From the NCBI GenBank assembly GCA_007127575.1, contig SKZC01000103.1:1-29630 (forward strand): a DNA stretch of 29,630 nt, read 5' to 3'. The first letter of the stretch is position 1. Each line of letters opens with the position of its first letter. Source of the stretch: Gemmatimonadota bacterium. GTDB lineage: Bacteria; Gemmatimonadota; Gemmatimonadetes; Longimicrobiales; Gaopeijiaceae. The notes beneath the pieces are model-generated. The model searched no databases, was not told the DNA's origin, and saw nothing but the letters and a program-made list of their open reading frames with translations. Positions 17,098 to 26,352 of the stretch are shown piece after piece. Made by a program: the position numbers and the translations under genes.

Positions 17098-18450
17098 TCA
17101 CCCTGTGGGACGGGGGTTGCTTTCGATGGGCACGTTGGGGTTTCTCTCACGCTCCGAATCCGGGATGTCGAAGCAGAGGTGGCGAGGGTTGTCCCTGAAG
17201 AGCTGTGAAAGGGACTCGAAGTCGGGCAGCTCCAGGTCGCCGGGCGTTCCGTTCGCCTGCCATCTCCGGTGGTCACCCATGGTCCGCCCTTCCAGGAACA
17301 GCTCTATGGCCCGCTCCCGCTTCAGGCGGGTCCCTGCCTCCTCCAAAGAGTTGGCCGGCCACGGCTCCAGCGGGGAGGGGCTGTCCGTAGTGGTCCGCAC
17401 GTGGTTCACCAGCTCCATGGCCCCTTCCCAGTCGCCGGACTCGAGAAGCGCCTCCGCCTCGATGAGACGCATCTCCCGACCGCTGGAGAGACGGATGTCA
17501 TCGCTCCCGCTGGTATACTTGAGCTGGACGGTGTAGGGGACCTGTCCGAACCCCTGAAGGGACGCATTGGCGAACTCGAAGGGCCCCTCCGTCCAGGCCA
17601 CCCTGGGGTCGCGGGTCTCGAGGTAGTAGTCCTCGTAGTACGTGCTCCACATGGTGAAGGCGGCGTAGGGAGCACCCACGCTGGCGAAGTAGATCCGGTT
17701 CCGGGTGAGAGGATCACCGTCGTCCAGGGTTACGAAAAACTGGAACGCTTCGGGCACTTGCCGGGCGTCGCTGGCCGCACCCGTCCAGTCTTCCAACCAC
17801 ATCCGCATCTGGGCCCTACCGGCCAAGGCAGCGTTGCGAATGGTGGTCAAACCTTGGGCGTTGGCGATCTCCAGTGCCTGGGTGAAGTGCTGCTCACCCA
17901 ACTCGTGGTAAAGTCTCCCCGGTTCCAGGGGACCGCCATCCACCACGGCCTCACAGTAGTTTTCCCCCAGAACCCGGTATGCGTACCCAGCCCACAGGTG
18001 TGCGCCCGCCCGGTTCTCGGGGGTGGCGGGCTCGGCGTCGGGAGAGTCAAACCTCCGAAGGCCCTCCTCGGCGATGAAGCGGGCCTGCTGGGCCAGATTG
18101 AAATGGCCGCCGAAGCTACCGTCCTCGAAATGTCCGGCCTGGGCCAAAGGGGAATGTCCGTGGTTCCCGGTCTGGCCGCCCGGCATGATCTCCCGGGCGG
18201 CCAGGGCCGAGGCGTACCCCAGGTTCTTGATGGCTTGGGCCAGCCTCCGTTCCGATCCTTTCACCAGGCCGGAGTGGGAGTCGGCGAGGCCCAGGAACTC
18301 GTCCTGAACCGGTCCTGGGTTGGTGACGTCGCAGCCGGCCCCCACCAGGAGGAACCCCGCCACTGCTGCGAGGACACATCCTCGCCCCATCCGACTGCCT
18401 CTCCCAACTCCCCGTCCCCTCCCTGTTCGCCTGCGTTCCATCGCGTGCAT
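17098..18450 (-). CDS. RagB/SusD-family outer-membrane nutrient-binding lipoprotein, 450 aa
   Basis: Signal with GAGC lipobox followed by DVTNPG; AHLWAGYAYRVLGENYCE, ALAGRAQ, EMRLIEAEALL, ERAIELFLEGRTMGDHRR match the SusD C-terminal pattern. Directly downstream of the SusC-like gene. ATG 18450 has AGGAGG upstream. Confidence 0.88.
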   Translation of the reverse strand: MHAMERRRTGRGRGVGRGSRMGRGCVLAAVAGFLLVGAGCDVTNPGPVQDEFLGLADSHSGLVKGSERRLAQAIKNLGYASALAAREIMPGGQTGNHGHSPLAQAGHFEDGSFGGHFNLAQQARFIAEEGLRRFDSPDAEPATPENRAGAHLWAGYAYRVLGENYCEAVVDGGPLEPGRLYHELGEQHFTQALEIANAQGLTTIRNAALAGRAQMRMWLEDWTGAASDARQVPEAFQFFVTLDDGDPLTRNRIYFASVGAPYAAFTMWSTYYEDYYLETRDPRVAWTEGPFEFANASLQGFGQVPYTVQLKYTSGSDDIRLSSGREMRLIEAEALLESGDWEGAMELVNHVRTTTDSPSPLEPWPANSLEEAGTRLKRERAIELFLEGRTMGDHRRWQANGTPGDLELPDFESLSQLFRDNPRHLCFDIPDSERERNPNVPIESNPRPTG

Positions 18451-18505
18451 TTCCCACCTCCTGAGTTTCTGGATGTCAAGGCTCTTTCCCATCGGTCGCC
18501 CGGTG

Positions 18506-21433
18506 TCAGAACGTGATCCGAAGGGACGCTCTCAAGGTGATGGGCGCAGGGACCCGCTCGGTGAAGCCAGTCGTCTGGGCGTTGATCCCAGCGTTGGGTA
18601 GAAGCTCAGGATCCATGAACGGCATCTCCTTCATCCAGAGGTAGGAGTTGTTCAAGGCGACGGTGAAGACGGCGTTCGTGACCTGCTCCGGGAAGAGGAA
18701 GTCCACCGGCGCGGAGGCCGTGACGCTCCGGAGCTTGAAGTAGGAGGCGTCCCAGACGTATCCCCGCCCCCACTGGGGCGTGCAGCGAGCCCGCCACAGT
18801 GCCGTGGTCTCCGGCTTCAAGGCGAGGTCGCTTCCCAGGTGGGGATCCACGTAGTGCGGGAAGCAGAGGGGGGACCGAACGGAGCGCCCGATGGAAAAGA
18901 CGCCGTGGTTGATGTAGTGCCCTCCGCGATACTCTCCACGGGCGGACAACTGGATGCCACGGGGCACGCTCACCGTGGTGTTGAGGCTCAGGATACGCGT
19001 GGGGTGCGTCGGGCCATAGAAATGGTTGGCTTCGAACTCCGGATCGGCCACCTCATCCGGGTTCGTGACCAGCCAGGTGACCATGGGGCGGAGAGGGAGT
19101 CCCTCCGCAAGTGACGGGGTCTCCGGAAGACCTCCCAGATCCAGGACTTCGTTCTCCGAGGTACTGAAGTTCACCCCGAGATCCCATCCCCATTGGGGCC
19201 GTTGGAGCAGGACGGTGTTGAGTCCCAATTCGAGTCCTGAGTTCCGTACCTTCCCGATGTTCAGGAGCTGGCTCTGGGTGAAACCGGCGGAGGGGACCTG
19301 AGGGAAGTTCAGCAGGGCGTCGGAGGTGGTCTGATGGTAGTAGGTCACCTCCGTCGTGACCCGTCCACTCCGGAACGATCCATCAAAGCCCACCTCGATT
19401 TCCGCGCTGACTTCGGGGCCCAGGTCCGGGTTCCCCAGGTTTCCGGGCACGAAGGCCGGCTGCCCGGCCAGGCCTTCCGAGTCCCAGGTCCGGACCGCAT
19501 CGAAGGCCCCCGGGGCACGACCGGACTGGCCGTATGCGGCCCGCAGCCGGAGCTCACCCAGACCGGGGTCCCAGAAGTCCTCGTCGGAAACCACCCATGC
19601 GGCGCTCGCCTTCGGGTAGAACTGAAGCCCGAATCCCTCACCGAAGGCGCTGTTCCCATCGACTCGGGCCCCAACGGTGACGAAGTACTTGTCCTGTAGA
19701 TCGAAGACGTTCTGGAAGAAGAATCCGGCGTTCCAGATCTTCTGCCTGTCCTCGAATCCCAGGGTAGAGGCTGCGGAGCTTACCGTGGGTTCCCCCACCC
19801 CAGGGAAGCCGTCTCCCCAGCCCCGGAGGCGACGCTCCTCATCCCCTGCAGCCTGACCGCCCCAGGAGAAGCTCGAGCGGATCGCATCCGAAATCTCGAA
19901 GCGGTACGTACCCACGTAGTCGAAGGTGAGGAGACGCTTCTGGTAGGTGTCGTTCAGGATCAGTCCCTGGGGGTGGAACACGTTTCCGAACCCCCGCACG
20001 TTCCGATGCTCCTGTGCGGTAAAGTCGTGCCCCACCGTAAAGCGCTGTGTCAAGTTGGGCGTAGGGGCGTACGACGTGGTGATCCCGATGGAGTACCGCT
20101 CGAGCTGCGTGTCGAGCTGCTGCTCCAGGAGGGGAAGGAGGGCATCCCGCTCCCCGGTTCCGAAGTAGTTCCGCTCCTGCCGGAAGGCGTTCAGCGTAAC
20201 CCCCTCGGCGTTGTTCCCGGATGGGGTGTTCTGAAGCTCCTGGTTGGAGTACGCGGCGTTCGCCTGGAGACGTAGATCCGAGATGGGGGTGAAGGTGAAG
20301 TTTCCCCGAAACGCCCACGTCTCGCCGAAGTCGTTGGGCTGCAGCCCCACCTCGTCCCTCATCTGCCCCGAGATGAAGTACTGGAGCGCCTCCCCACCCC
20401 CCTGAACCGAGGCGGAGTACATCTGATTGTGCGCGGTGCCCCAATCTCCTTCGCCGAGCCCCAACCATCCACTCCGCATGAAGGGGGTCATGAAATTGTA
20501 GTTGGCGTGGGGCTCGACACGTTCTGAGCCTGACACCCCAAACGCACGACTCCACAGGGTGCCCTGCTGAGTCTCGAGAGTCCAGATGGGCGCGCCGGCG
20601 GAGCCACTCTTGGTGAAGATCTGGATGACGCCGGCGGACGCCTCCGTGCCGTACAGGGTGGTGGCGGCGGAGCCCTTGATGATCTCGATCCGCTCGATGT
20701 CGTTGGGGTTCAGTTGGTCCAGGGGACTCGAGGTGACGTTGGCCCCCCGGTTCCCCACGTCCAGCGTCCCCTGGGGTGGGGTACCCTCAGCCATCATCCG
20801 CACCCCGTCGATGTAGATGATCGGCTGATTCGTCATGCTCAGGCTGTTCTGCCCCCGGAGCTGAATCCGCGATCCCTGACCGATCTCCCCACCGGCGATG
20901 GTGACGTCCACCCCGGGTGCGGATGCCGTGAGGGCATCCGAAAGGTTCACCGGTCGGTCGGGGAGATCGCCGACATTGATCTGAGAGATGGTGTTTCCGA
21001 TCTCCCGGCGTCGGGCGGCTCCCGCGGTGCCCGTCACCACCACCTCGTCCAGACCCAGCGCCTGCCTCTGGAGCTGGAGCTCCACCGTCACGGTCTCGTT
21101 CGCACCGACCGTGACCTCCTGAGTGGCCGTTCCGTATCCGAGGCGCTCCGCCCGAAGCTCGTAGGTGCCTGGCGGCACGTTCCCGATGGTGAACTGGCCC
21201 TGGCTATTCGTGAGAGTCCCCATCCCCGTGTCCGTGAGGAGCACCTGGACCTGAGCGAGAGGCCCCATGGTTTCGGCGGCGGTCACCTCCCCCACCACCT
21301 GTCCGGTCTCCTGAGCCGCCGCAGCCCCCACACCCCAGACCAAGAGCCCAGAGAGTACGAAAGCCACCGCAGGCCATCGAGCACGTCGGATTCTCCTTCG
21401 ACCGTCTACCGCCCTGACCGTGAACGACTCCAT
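18506..21433 (-). CDS. SusC/RagA-family TonB-dependent outer-membrane transporter, 975 aa
   Basis: Signal peptide, carboxypeptidase-regulatory-like N-terminal domain, LDEVVVTG (TonB-box region), plug motif DIERIEIIKGSAATTLYGTEASAGVIQIFTK, GNPDLGPE, C-terminal ...RASLRITF with terminal Phe. Confidence 0.93.
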   Translation of the reverse strand: MESFTVRAVDGRRRIRRARWPAVAFVLSGLLVWGVGAAAAQETGQVVGEVTAAETMGPLAQVQVLLTDTGMGTLTNSQGQFTIGNVPPGTYELRAERLGYGTATQEVTVGANETVTVELQLQRQALGLDEVVVTGTAGAARRREIGNTISQINVGDLPDRPVNLSDALTASAPGVDVTIAGGEIGQGSRIQLRGQNSLSMTNQPIIYIDGVRMMAEGTPPQGTLDVGNRGANVTSSPLDQLNPNDIERIEIIKGSAATTLYGTEASAGVIQIFTKSGSAGAPIWTLETQQGTLWSRAFGVSGSERVEPHANYNFMTPFMRSGWLGLGEGDWGTAHNQMYSASVQGGGEALQYFISGQMRDEVGLQPNDFGETWAFRGNFTFTPISDLRLQANAAYSNQELQNTPSGNNAEGVTLNAFRQERNYFGTGERDALLPLLEQQLDTQLERYSIGITTSYAPTPNLTQRFTVGHDFTAQEHRNVRGFGNVFHPQGLILNDTYQKRLLTFDYVGTYRFEISDAIRSSFSWGGQAAGDEERRLRGWGDGFPGVGEPTVSSAASTLGFEDRQKIWNAGFFFQNVFDLQDKYFVTVGARVDGNSAFGEGFGLQFYPKASAAWVVSDEDFWDPGLGELRLRAAYGQSGRAPGAFDAVRTWDSEGLAGQPAFVPGNLGNPDLGPEVSAEIEVGFDGSFRSGRVTTEVTYYHQTTSDALLNFPQVPSAGFTQSQLLNIGKVRNSGLELGLNTVLLQRPQWGWDLGVNFSTSENEVLDLGGLPETPSLAEGLPLRPMVTWLVTNPDEVADPEFEANHFYGPTHPTRILSLNTTVSVPRGIQLSARGEYRGGHYINHGVFSIGRSVRSPLCFPHYVDPHLGSDLALKPETTALWRARCTPQWGRGYVWDASYFKLRSVTASAPVDFLFPEQVTNAVFTVALNNSYLWMKEMPFMDPELLPNAGINAQTTGFTERVPAPITLRASLRITF

Positions 21434-21754
21434 CTTGCCCCTCCTCTGCTGTGAGAGTCCCGATCTATTCGGGAAAACCGCCTCTCCGACGACCTCGCGG
21501 TGGCGTCCCTTCTCTCGAAGGGGCCGGAGCGAACGCCTCGGGCGGAAGCGGAACCGGTTTTCAGGTCAAGCGCTGGAACTGTCGCCCTCTTATGGGTGGG
21601 CCACCCGCTGACTCCCTCCTGGGCCTGCTACATCGATTCGGACGGACAGACAATAAAGTAGCGCCACATGCGCATACTTATACATCAAGGTGTGCACGAT
21701 TGCCGTGCCTACCCTCTTGACGTTTGACACTCATACGCCCGGAATCCGGGAAAG

Positions 21755-22318
21755 TCAATACGGGTGTCCGTGGAGCCAGGGCGCTCGGACGTCGGGTTCC
21801 GGGGGCGGCGGACCGTCACGGGGAGGGCGCGCATCGCTGAGGATCATGTGCATGACACCGAAGACCCCCCCCGCTGCCGCCGCCACTACGAGGCCCGTCC
21901 GGACTCGCTCCAACTCTCGCTCCTCCAGCACCAGGACATCCCCCATGGGAATACGGATGTCCTGGCCGAACTCAGTCCGGTGGAAGCCGCCCTGCCAATC
22001 CGCCTCCGAGACCCGGATGACAAGGTGCTCCCCCTCGAGGCGCAGGAGGGCTCCATGCACCACCGAACCGAGATCCCGATGGAGGGTGGCCTGACTCCAG
22101 GACCGCAGGCTGGAGGCCCCTTCCTGGGTGAGGGTCACCCGCACGTCCTCCCCCAAAGGCACGGACTCCAGCTCCCTCGGGACATAGGTGAAGCAGCCGC
22201 CGAGGAGGAATGTCGCCACCAGACCGGTCCCCCAGGCCTCCACGTGCCTCTTCCAGTAAGGGGCAGGCCCTGGACCGCCGCGCCCCTTCCCCCTGGCACC
22301 GCAGCGCGTGCTCAGCAT
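21755..22318 (-). CDS. Small hypothetical lipoprotein
   Basis: LLGGC lipobox then FTYVP; beta-rich core (VRVTL...VVHGALL...LVIRV...IRIPMGDVLVLEER) and a C-terminal hydrophobic segment (TGLVVAAAAGGVFGVM). Start uncertain (ATG 22318 or GTG 22243); the ORF-track extension to 22561 overlaps the next gene. Confidence 0.7.
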   Translation of the reverse strand: MLSTRCGARGKGRGGPGPAPYWKRHVEAWGTGLVATFLLGGCFTYVPRELESVPLGEDVRVTLTQEGASSLRSWSQATLHRDLGSVVHGALLRLEGEHLVIRVSEADWQGGFHRTEFGQDIRIPMGDVLVLEERELERVRTGLVVAAAAGGVFGVMHMILSDARPPRDGPPPPEPDVRAPWLHGHPY

Positions 22319-22349
22319 CCGACCCGGACGTGGCGAAGCGTCTGACCCG

Positions 22350-23492
22350 TCACTCCGGTACGACTCCCTGGAAGTTGAAGCGCTGCGCCCGGGCACCCGG
22401 TGCGGCCTCCGCCACGTAGAGGTTCCCCTGGGAGTCCACCTCCAGGTTGTGGGGCCGCCCGAACTGACCGGGCTCGGCCCCCTCGCTCCCGAACTGTCCG
22501 AGAACCTCCAGATCGCTCCGACGGAGGATCCAAATCCGGTGATCCTCTCCATCCGCCACATACAGAAATTCCTGGCCTGGATCGTGGGAAACGGCCACGT
22601 CGAAAGCGGCGCCCGTTCCAGGACGAATCACTCGCTCCTGGACGAACGTCCCGTCCTGCTCGAAGACCTGTATCCGGCTGTTGGATCGATCGGCGACGTA
22701 AATGAGCCCATCGTGAGAGGCCGTGATCCCGTGGACGGTGGCGAACTGTCGAGCCGGAGGGTCATCCGCTCCTCGGGGACCGAACTCGTAGTCATCATCC
22801 GGCGGCTCGCCGTATGCTCCCCAGTGTCGCAGGTACTCCCCGGTACCGGCATCGAACACGATGACCCGGCGGTTCGTATAGCCGTCCACCACGAAAAGCT
22901 CGTTGGTCCCCGGAGGAATCACCATGTCGGAGGGACGCCCAAGGCGCTCCGGGTCGTCGCTTCCTCCGGTTTCGTTGTAGTGCCCGATGGTGAGGAGCAC
23001 TTCACCATCGGTGTCGAACTTCATGATTTGATGCTGGTCCCGGGCGGAGATCCAGAGATGCCCCTCGTCGTCCACGAAGAATCCATGGAGGACGCCGGGC
23101 CACTGATCCGCCACATCATGGTGACCCCACGCATGGACCACCTCGCCGGCAGGATTGAAGCGCATCACCACAGGAGCCGGAATGCAGCATTCGTCGGTGG
23201 GAGGGTCCTGCGCTGCGCCCAGGAGCTCTTCCGGGAGAATCTCCGGGCGGTGGGAGACCCACACGTGGTCGTCCGCGTCCACGTAGAGTCCGATTCCGGA
23301 TGACATGATCCAATTGTCAGGCAGGGGAAGCGGCCAGTCCGGGTCCACCTGAAACGACGGCACTCCATCCACGTTCACTGCGGACCCGGTGTCCCCCTCA
23401 TCTCCCCCTGCGACGTCTGGACCGCACCCCGAGACGAGCGCGATGAACACCGCGAGCGCCCCCCCGGTGCATGTTCTGTGGAGCGAGCTCAT
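22350..23492 (-). CDS. NHL-repeat six-bladed beta-propeller lipoprotein, peptidyl-alpha-hydroxyglycine alpha-amidating lyase (PAL)-like, 380 aa
   Basis: LVSGC lipobox; FQVDPDWP, NHL repeats (LFVVDGYTNRRVIVFD, IYVADRSNSRIQVF, GQFGRPHNLEVDSQGNLYVAE). GGGGAGG upstream of the ATG. Confidence 0.85.
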   Translation of the reverse strand: MSSLHRTCTGGALAVFIALVSGCGPDVAGGDEGDTGSAVNVDGVPSFQVDPDWPLPLPDNWIMSSGIGLYVDADDHVWVSHRPEILPEELLGAAQDPPTDECCIPAPVVMRFNPAGEVVHAWGHHDVADQWPGVLHGFFVDDEGHLWISARDQHQIMKFDTDGEVLLTIGHYNETGGSDDPERLGRPSDMVIPPGTNELFVVDGYTNRRVIVFDAGTGEYLRHWGAYGEPPDDDYEFGPRGADDPPARQFATVHGITASHDGLIYVADRSNSRIQVFEQDGTFVQERVIRPGTGAAFDVAVSHDPGQEFLYVADGEDHRIWILRRSDLEVLGQFGSEGAEPGQFGRPHNLEVDSQGNLYVAEAAPGARAQRFNFQGVVPE

Positions 23493-23665
23493 GGTAGGAC
23501 CTCCCCTGAGTTCGGGTGGGGTTTGCGGGGTCCCGGACCCACCTGGCGCCCGGCCCCTTTGGACTACACCCCGAACGGCGAACTACCGTCCGAGGCTACG
23601 TACGAATCGATCCCACACTTCGCGCCTACACCCCTCTGGGGCGCTCCCACCTCCCGGCTCCCCCC

Positions 23666-24688
23666 TTATCTCTCCACCGGAGGGGCCTCCGCGATGGCCA
23701 GGATTTCGTTGTGGAGCTCAGCGGTCAACGTGACCCCATCCTGGAGCGCGGCCCTCCGACGTTCGGCCTTCAGGGCCCCGGGGATTCGGGCGCCCGGCTG
23801 TTCCTCGATGGCAGCGATGAGCTCTTCCAATCGAGACTCGAAAGCCCCGGCGGAAAACCCTTCAGGGTCGAGAGCAATGACGAACTGTCCGATAGACGGC
23901 GGCGGACCCTCGGCTACGAAGAACGAAGAGGCCTCGTGGCCGAAGTGCGACCCGGTAAGGGCTGCGGCGAGCACCTCCACCAACAGCGCGAGGGCCGACC
24001 CCTTGGCTCCTCCAATGGGGAGAAGCGTGCCGTCCATGGCCGCCTCGGGATCCGTCGTGGGTTCCCCGTCTCGGTCCAGAGCCCAGCCTTCAGGGATCCT
24101 CTCCCCGTTCCTGGCCGCCACCATGATCTTCCCTCGAGCCACCGTGGAGAGGCCCATGTCGATGACCAGGGGCGGTCCCTCGGATCGAGGAGCCGCAAAG
24201 CCGATGGGGTTCGTGCCGAAGACGGCCCGAGTACCCCCGTAGGGAGCCATAGCGCCGGGGCTGTTGCTGAACACCAGTCCCAACACACCGGCCCGGGCCA
24301 AGCGCTCGCTGTGGTAGCCCGCCATCCCCAGGTGGTGTGAGTTGGTGACGGCCGCCGCCGCCACCCCGCACGTTCTGGCCAACTCAGGAAGGGACTCGGA
24401 CATCACATCCAGAGCCGGGTACGCGAAGCCGCCCTTAGCATCGATGCGAAGACCACCGGATCCAACCGCCGTCACCTCCGGCGTGGCATGACCGGATACC
24501 TTCCCGCTACGAGCTTGCCCGCAATAGGACGGGACCCGGGCGGCTCCATGGCCCACCTCACCGTCCATCTCGGCGGCTACCAGAGCCGCAGTCACCGACT
24601 GGGCACTCCTTTCGGACACCCCGCTGGCGAGGAGGGCTCGGTGGATGAGCTCGGCGAGGGCTTCCACCCCTAGCGTTGTGGAGCTCAT
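23666..24688 (-). CDS. comC: Ldh_2-family (type 2 malate/L-lactate dehydrogenase) oxidoreductase, probably (2R)-3-sulfolactate dehydrogenase, 340 aa
   Basis: GHGAARVPSY, NSHHLG, FGTNPIGFAAP, IDMGLSTVARGKI, GGAKGSALAL, RIPG are Ldh_2 motifs. The ComC call rests on its position directly after suyAB; the family also includes DpkA- and AllD-like enzymes. Confidence 0.7.
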   Translation of the reverse strand: MSSTTLGVEALAELIHRALLASGVSERSAQSVTAALVAAEMDGEVGHGAARVPSYCGQARSGKVSGHATPEVTAVGSGGLRIDAKGGFAYPALDVMSESLPELARTCGVAAAAVTNSHHLGMAGYHSERLARAGVLGLVFSNSPGAMAPYGGTRAVFGTNPIGFAAPRSEGPPLVIDMGLSTVARGKIMVAARNGERIPEGWALDRDGEPTTDPEAAMDGTLLPIGGAKGSALALLVEVLAAALTGSHFGHEASSFFVAEGPPPSIGQFVIALDPEGFSAGAFESRLEELIAAIEEQPGARIPGALKAERRRAALQDGVTLTAELHNEILAIAEAPPVER

Positions 24689-24752
24689 GGGGGCGTGCAG
24701 CCCGCCGGGACGACCCCGTCGTGAGACGCGCCCAGACTCACCGTACCCGGGC

Positions 24753-25922
24753 TCAGGCGCTACGGTAGAGCTTGGTGAGCACGAACTCCCTGTGTCCCAG
24801 ACCCTCCGCCCGCGTCAACCGACCGTTGCAGGTCCGGAGCATGAGGTCGAACAAACCGTCGCCCGCCTCACTGTAGTCCATTTCCCGGCGGAAGATTCCC
24901 GAGCAGTCGTAATCCACATGCTCCACCATTTCGCGTGCCGTCTGCGGGTTGGCCGTAAGCTTGATGACCGGCATGATGGGATTGCCGCAGACGTTGCCCT
25001 GCCCCGTAGGAAAGAAGTGCACTACGAAGCCGGCCGCCGCCTGGAGGGTCAGACACTCGGCCGCAGCGGATGACGTATCCATGTAGTAGAGCCCGGGACC
25101 GGAAGCCGGGGTTTCAGCCGGCTCCAGCACATCGATGTATCGGCAGTCGTGCCCGATCTTCTCCAGATTGCCCAGGGCCTTCTCCTCGATGGTGGTGAGC
25201 CCGCCGGCAATGTTGCCCTTGGTGGGCTGGCTGTCGGACAGGTCCGAAGTCTTGTAGGGCTCGATCACCTCGTCCATGTACGCCTGCCAGGTCCGCATGA
25301 ACTTCTCGCCCACCTCCGGCGTCTTGGCCCGAGCCACGCAGAGGTCCTCGGCGCCGGTGATCTCCGAGGTCTCTCCGAAACACAGGGTGGCGCCCAGGGG
25401 CTCCAACTTGTCGGACGCACTTCCCACGGTGGGGCAGGAACCGGCCCCGGTGGTCGTATCCGACTCTCCACACTTGGTGGCCACCCAGAGGTCGCTGATG
25501 GGAAAGGGCTCTCTGGTACGCTCCGAGGCCCACTGCACGAGATCCAGCGCCTTCCGGGACGCGTTGGCCACGGTCTGGATTTCGCCGTTGTGCTCGATGG
25601 AGAATCCCTCCACCGGCTTGCCGGTCTTCGCGATTCCCTCCACCACCTTTCCCGTCCAGCCCGGCTCGATCCCGATGACGATGACCGCCGCCACATTGGG
25701 GTTGGATCCCATCCCGATGAGCGTTCGGAAGAAGAGCTCCAGATCCTCCCCGAACTGGAGGCGGCCGTAGGCATGGGAGAGGGCCTGCACACCCTTGGTG
25801 TTGTGGGCCACCTTCTCCGCAGCGGAGTTGGAGATGTCATCCAGAGGAAGCACCACCACATGGTTCCGGATGCCCACTCGGCCATCCTCTTGGCGATACC
25901 CGTTGAATTGTTGGGCAGTCAT
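24753..25922 (-). CDS. suyB: (2R)-sulfolactate sulfo-lyase beta subunit (UxaA-family C-terminal domain), 389 aa
   Basis: [98 protein letters not shown] match the SuyB subgroup as I recall it. ATG 25922 has AAGGAG upstream, 11 nt after the suyA stop. Confidence 0.85.
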   Translation of the reverse strand: MTAQQFNGYRQEDGRVGIRNHVVVLPLDDISNSAAEKVAHNTKGVQALSHAYGRLQFGEDLELFFRTLIGMGSNPNVAAVIVIGIEPGWTGKVVEGIAKTGKPVEGFSIEHNGEIQTVANASRKALDLVQWASERTREPFPISDLWVATKCGESDTTTGAGSCPTVGSASDKLEPLGATLCFGETSEITGAEDLCVARAKTPEVGEKFMRTWQAYMDEVIEPYKTSDLSDSQPTKGNIAGGLTTIEEKALGNLEKIGHDCRYIDVLEPAETPASGPGLYYMDTSSAAAECLTLQAAAGFVVHFFPTGQGNVCGNPIMPVIKLTANPQTAREMVEHVDYDCSGIFRREMDYSEAGDGLFDLMLRTCNGRLTRAEGLGHREFVLTKLYRSA

Positions 25923-25933
25923 AGCTGTTCTCC

Positions 25934-26248
25934 TTACCAGCGAGCGGTTTTGAGGTTGTGGACGTGGACGTAGCCACCTCTCTTCACCGGGGCGACCATG
26001 CGGCCGATCTCCTGACCATATTTGATGGGGGGCTTTCCGGCCTCCAGGTCCACCAGGGCCACTTTGTGGCCCAGGGGTACGGCCTCCAACGCACGCACCG
26101 TCATGGTCTCGTCGGTCCCCAGGACCCACCCACTGAGCTCCGCTCCGGCCTCGACGTCCTCTACCACCACCACACCCACACTGTCTCCCTTGTCGTGTAC
26201 AACGAAATCAGGGACCCTTCCGCTTGCCCTTCCGCCCGCCTCGCCCAT
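25934..26248 (-). CDS. suyA: (2R)-sulfolactate sulfo-lyase alpha subunit (SAF domain), 104 aa
   Basis: [41 protein letters not shown]; a stand-alone SAF domain directly upstream of suyB. Confidence 0.85.
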   Translation of the reverse strand: MGEAGGRASGRVPDFVVHDKGDSVGVVVVEDVEAGAELSGWVLGTDETMTVRALEAVPLGHKVALVDLEAGKPPIKYGQEIGRMVAPVKRGGYVHVHNLKTARW

Positions 26249-26352
26249 AATCTTTCCGCTCGCTGTTGAAGGGACCGGACCGGGGAAGGGCTTTGGTCGG
26301 CTGGTGGCGATCACCCCGAGAGGACCCCGGTCCAGGAGGTTGCTGCGGCTGC

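Noticed and set aside
21434-21754. Cobalamin or other known riboswitch upstream of the TonB-dependent transporter; FNR box at cttatacatcaag
   Set aside because: Conserved B12-box and other riboswitch motifs not found by eye; only one FNR half-site (TTGAT/ATCAA) is present.
24753-26248. Altronate/galactarate dehydratase (uxaA/garD) call
   Set aside because: Split SAF plus catalytic genes with SuyAB-type motifs and an adjacent ComC-like gene; no hexuronate genes nearby. Not fully excluded without a tree.
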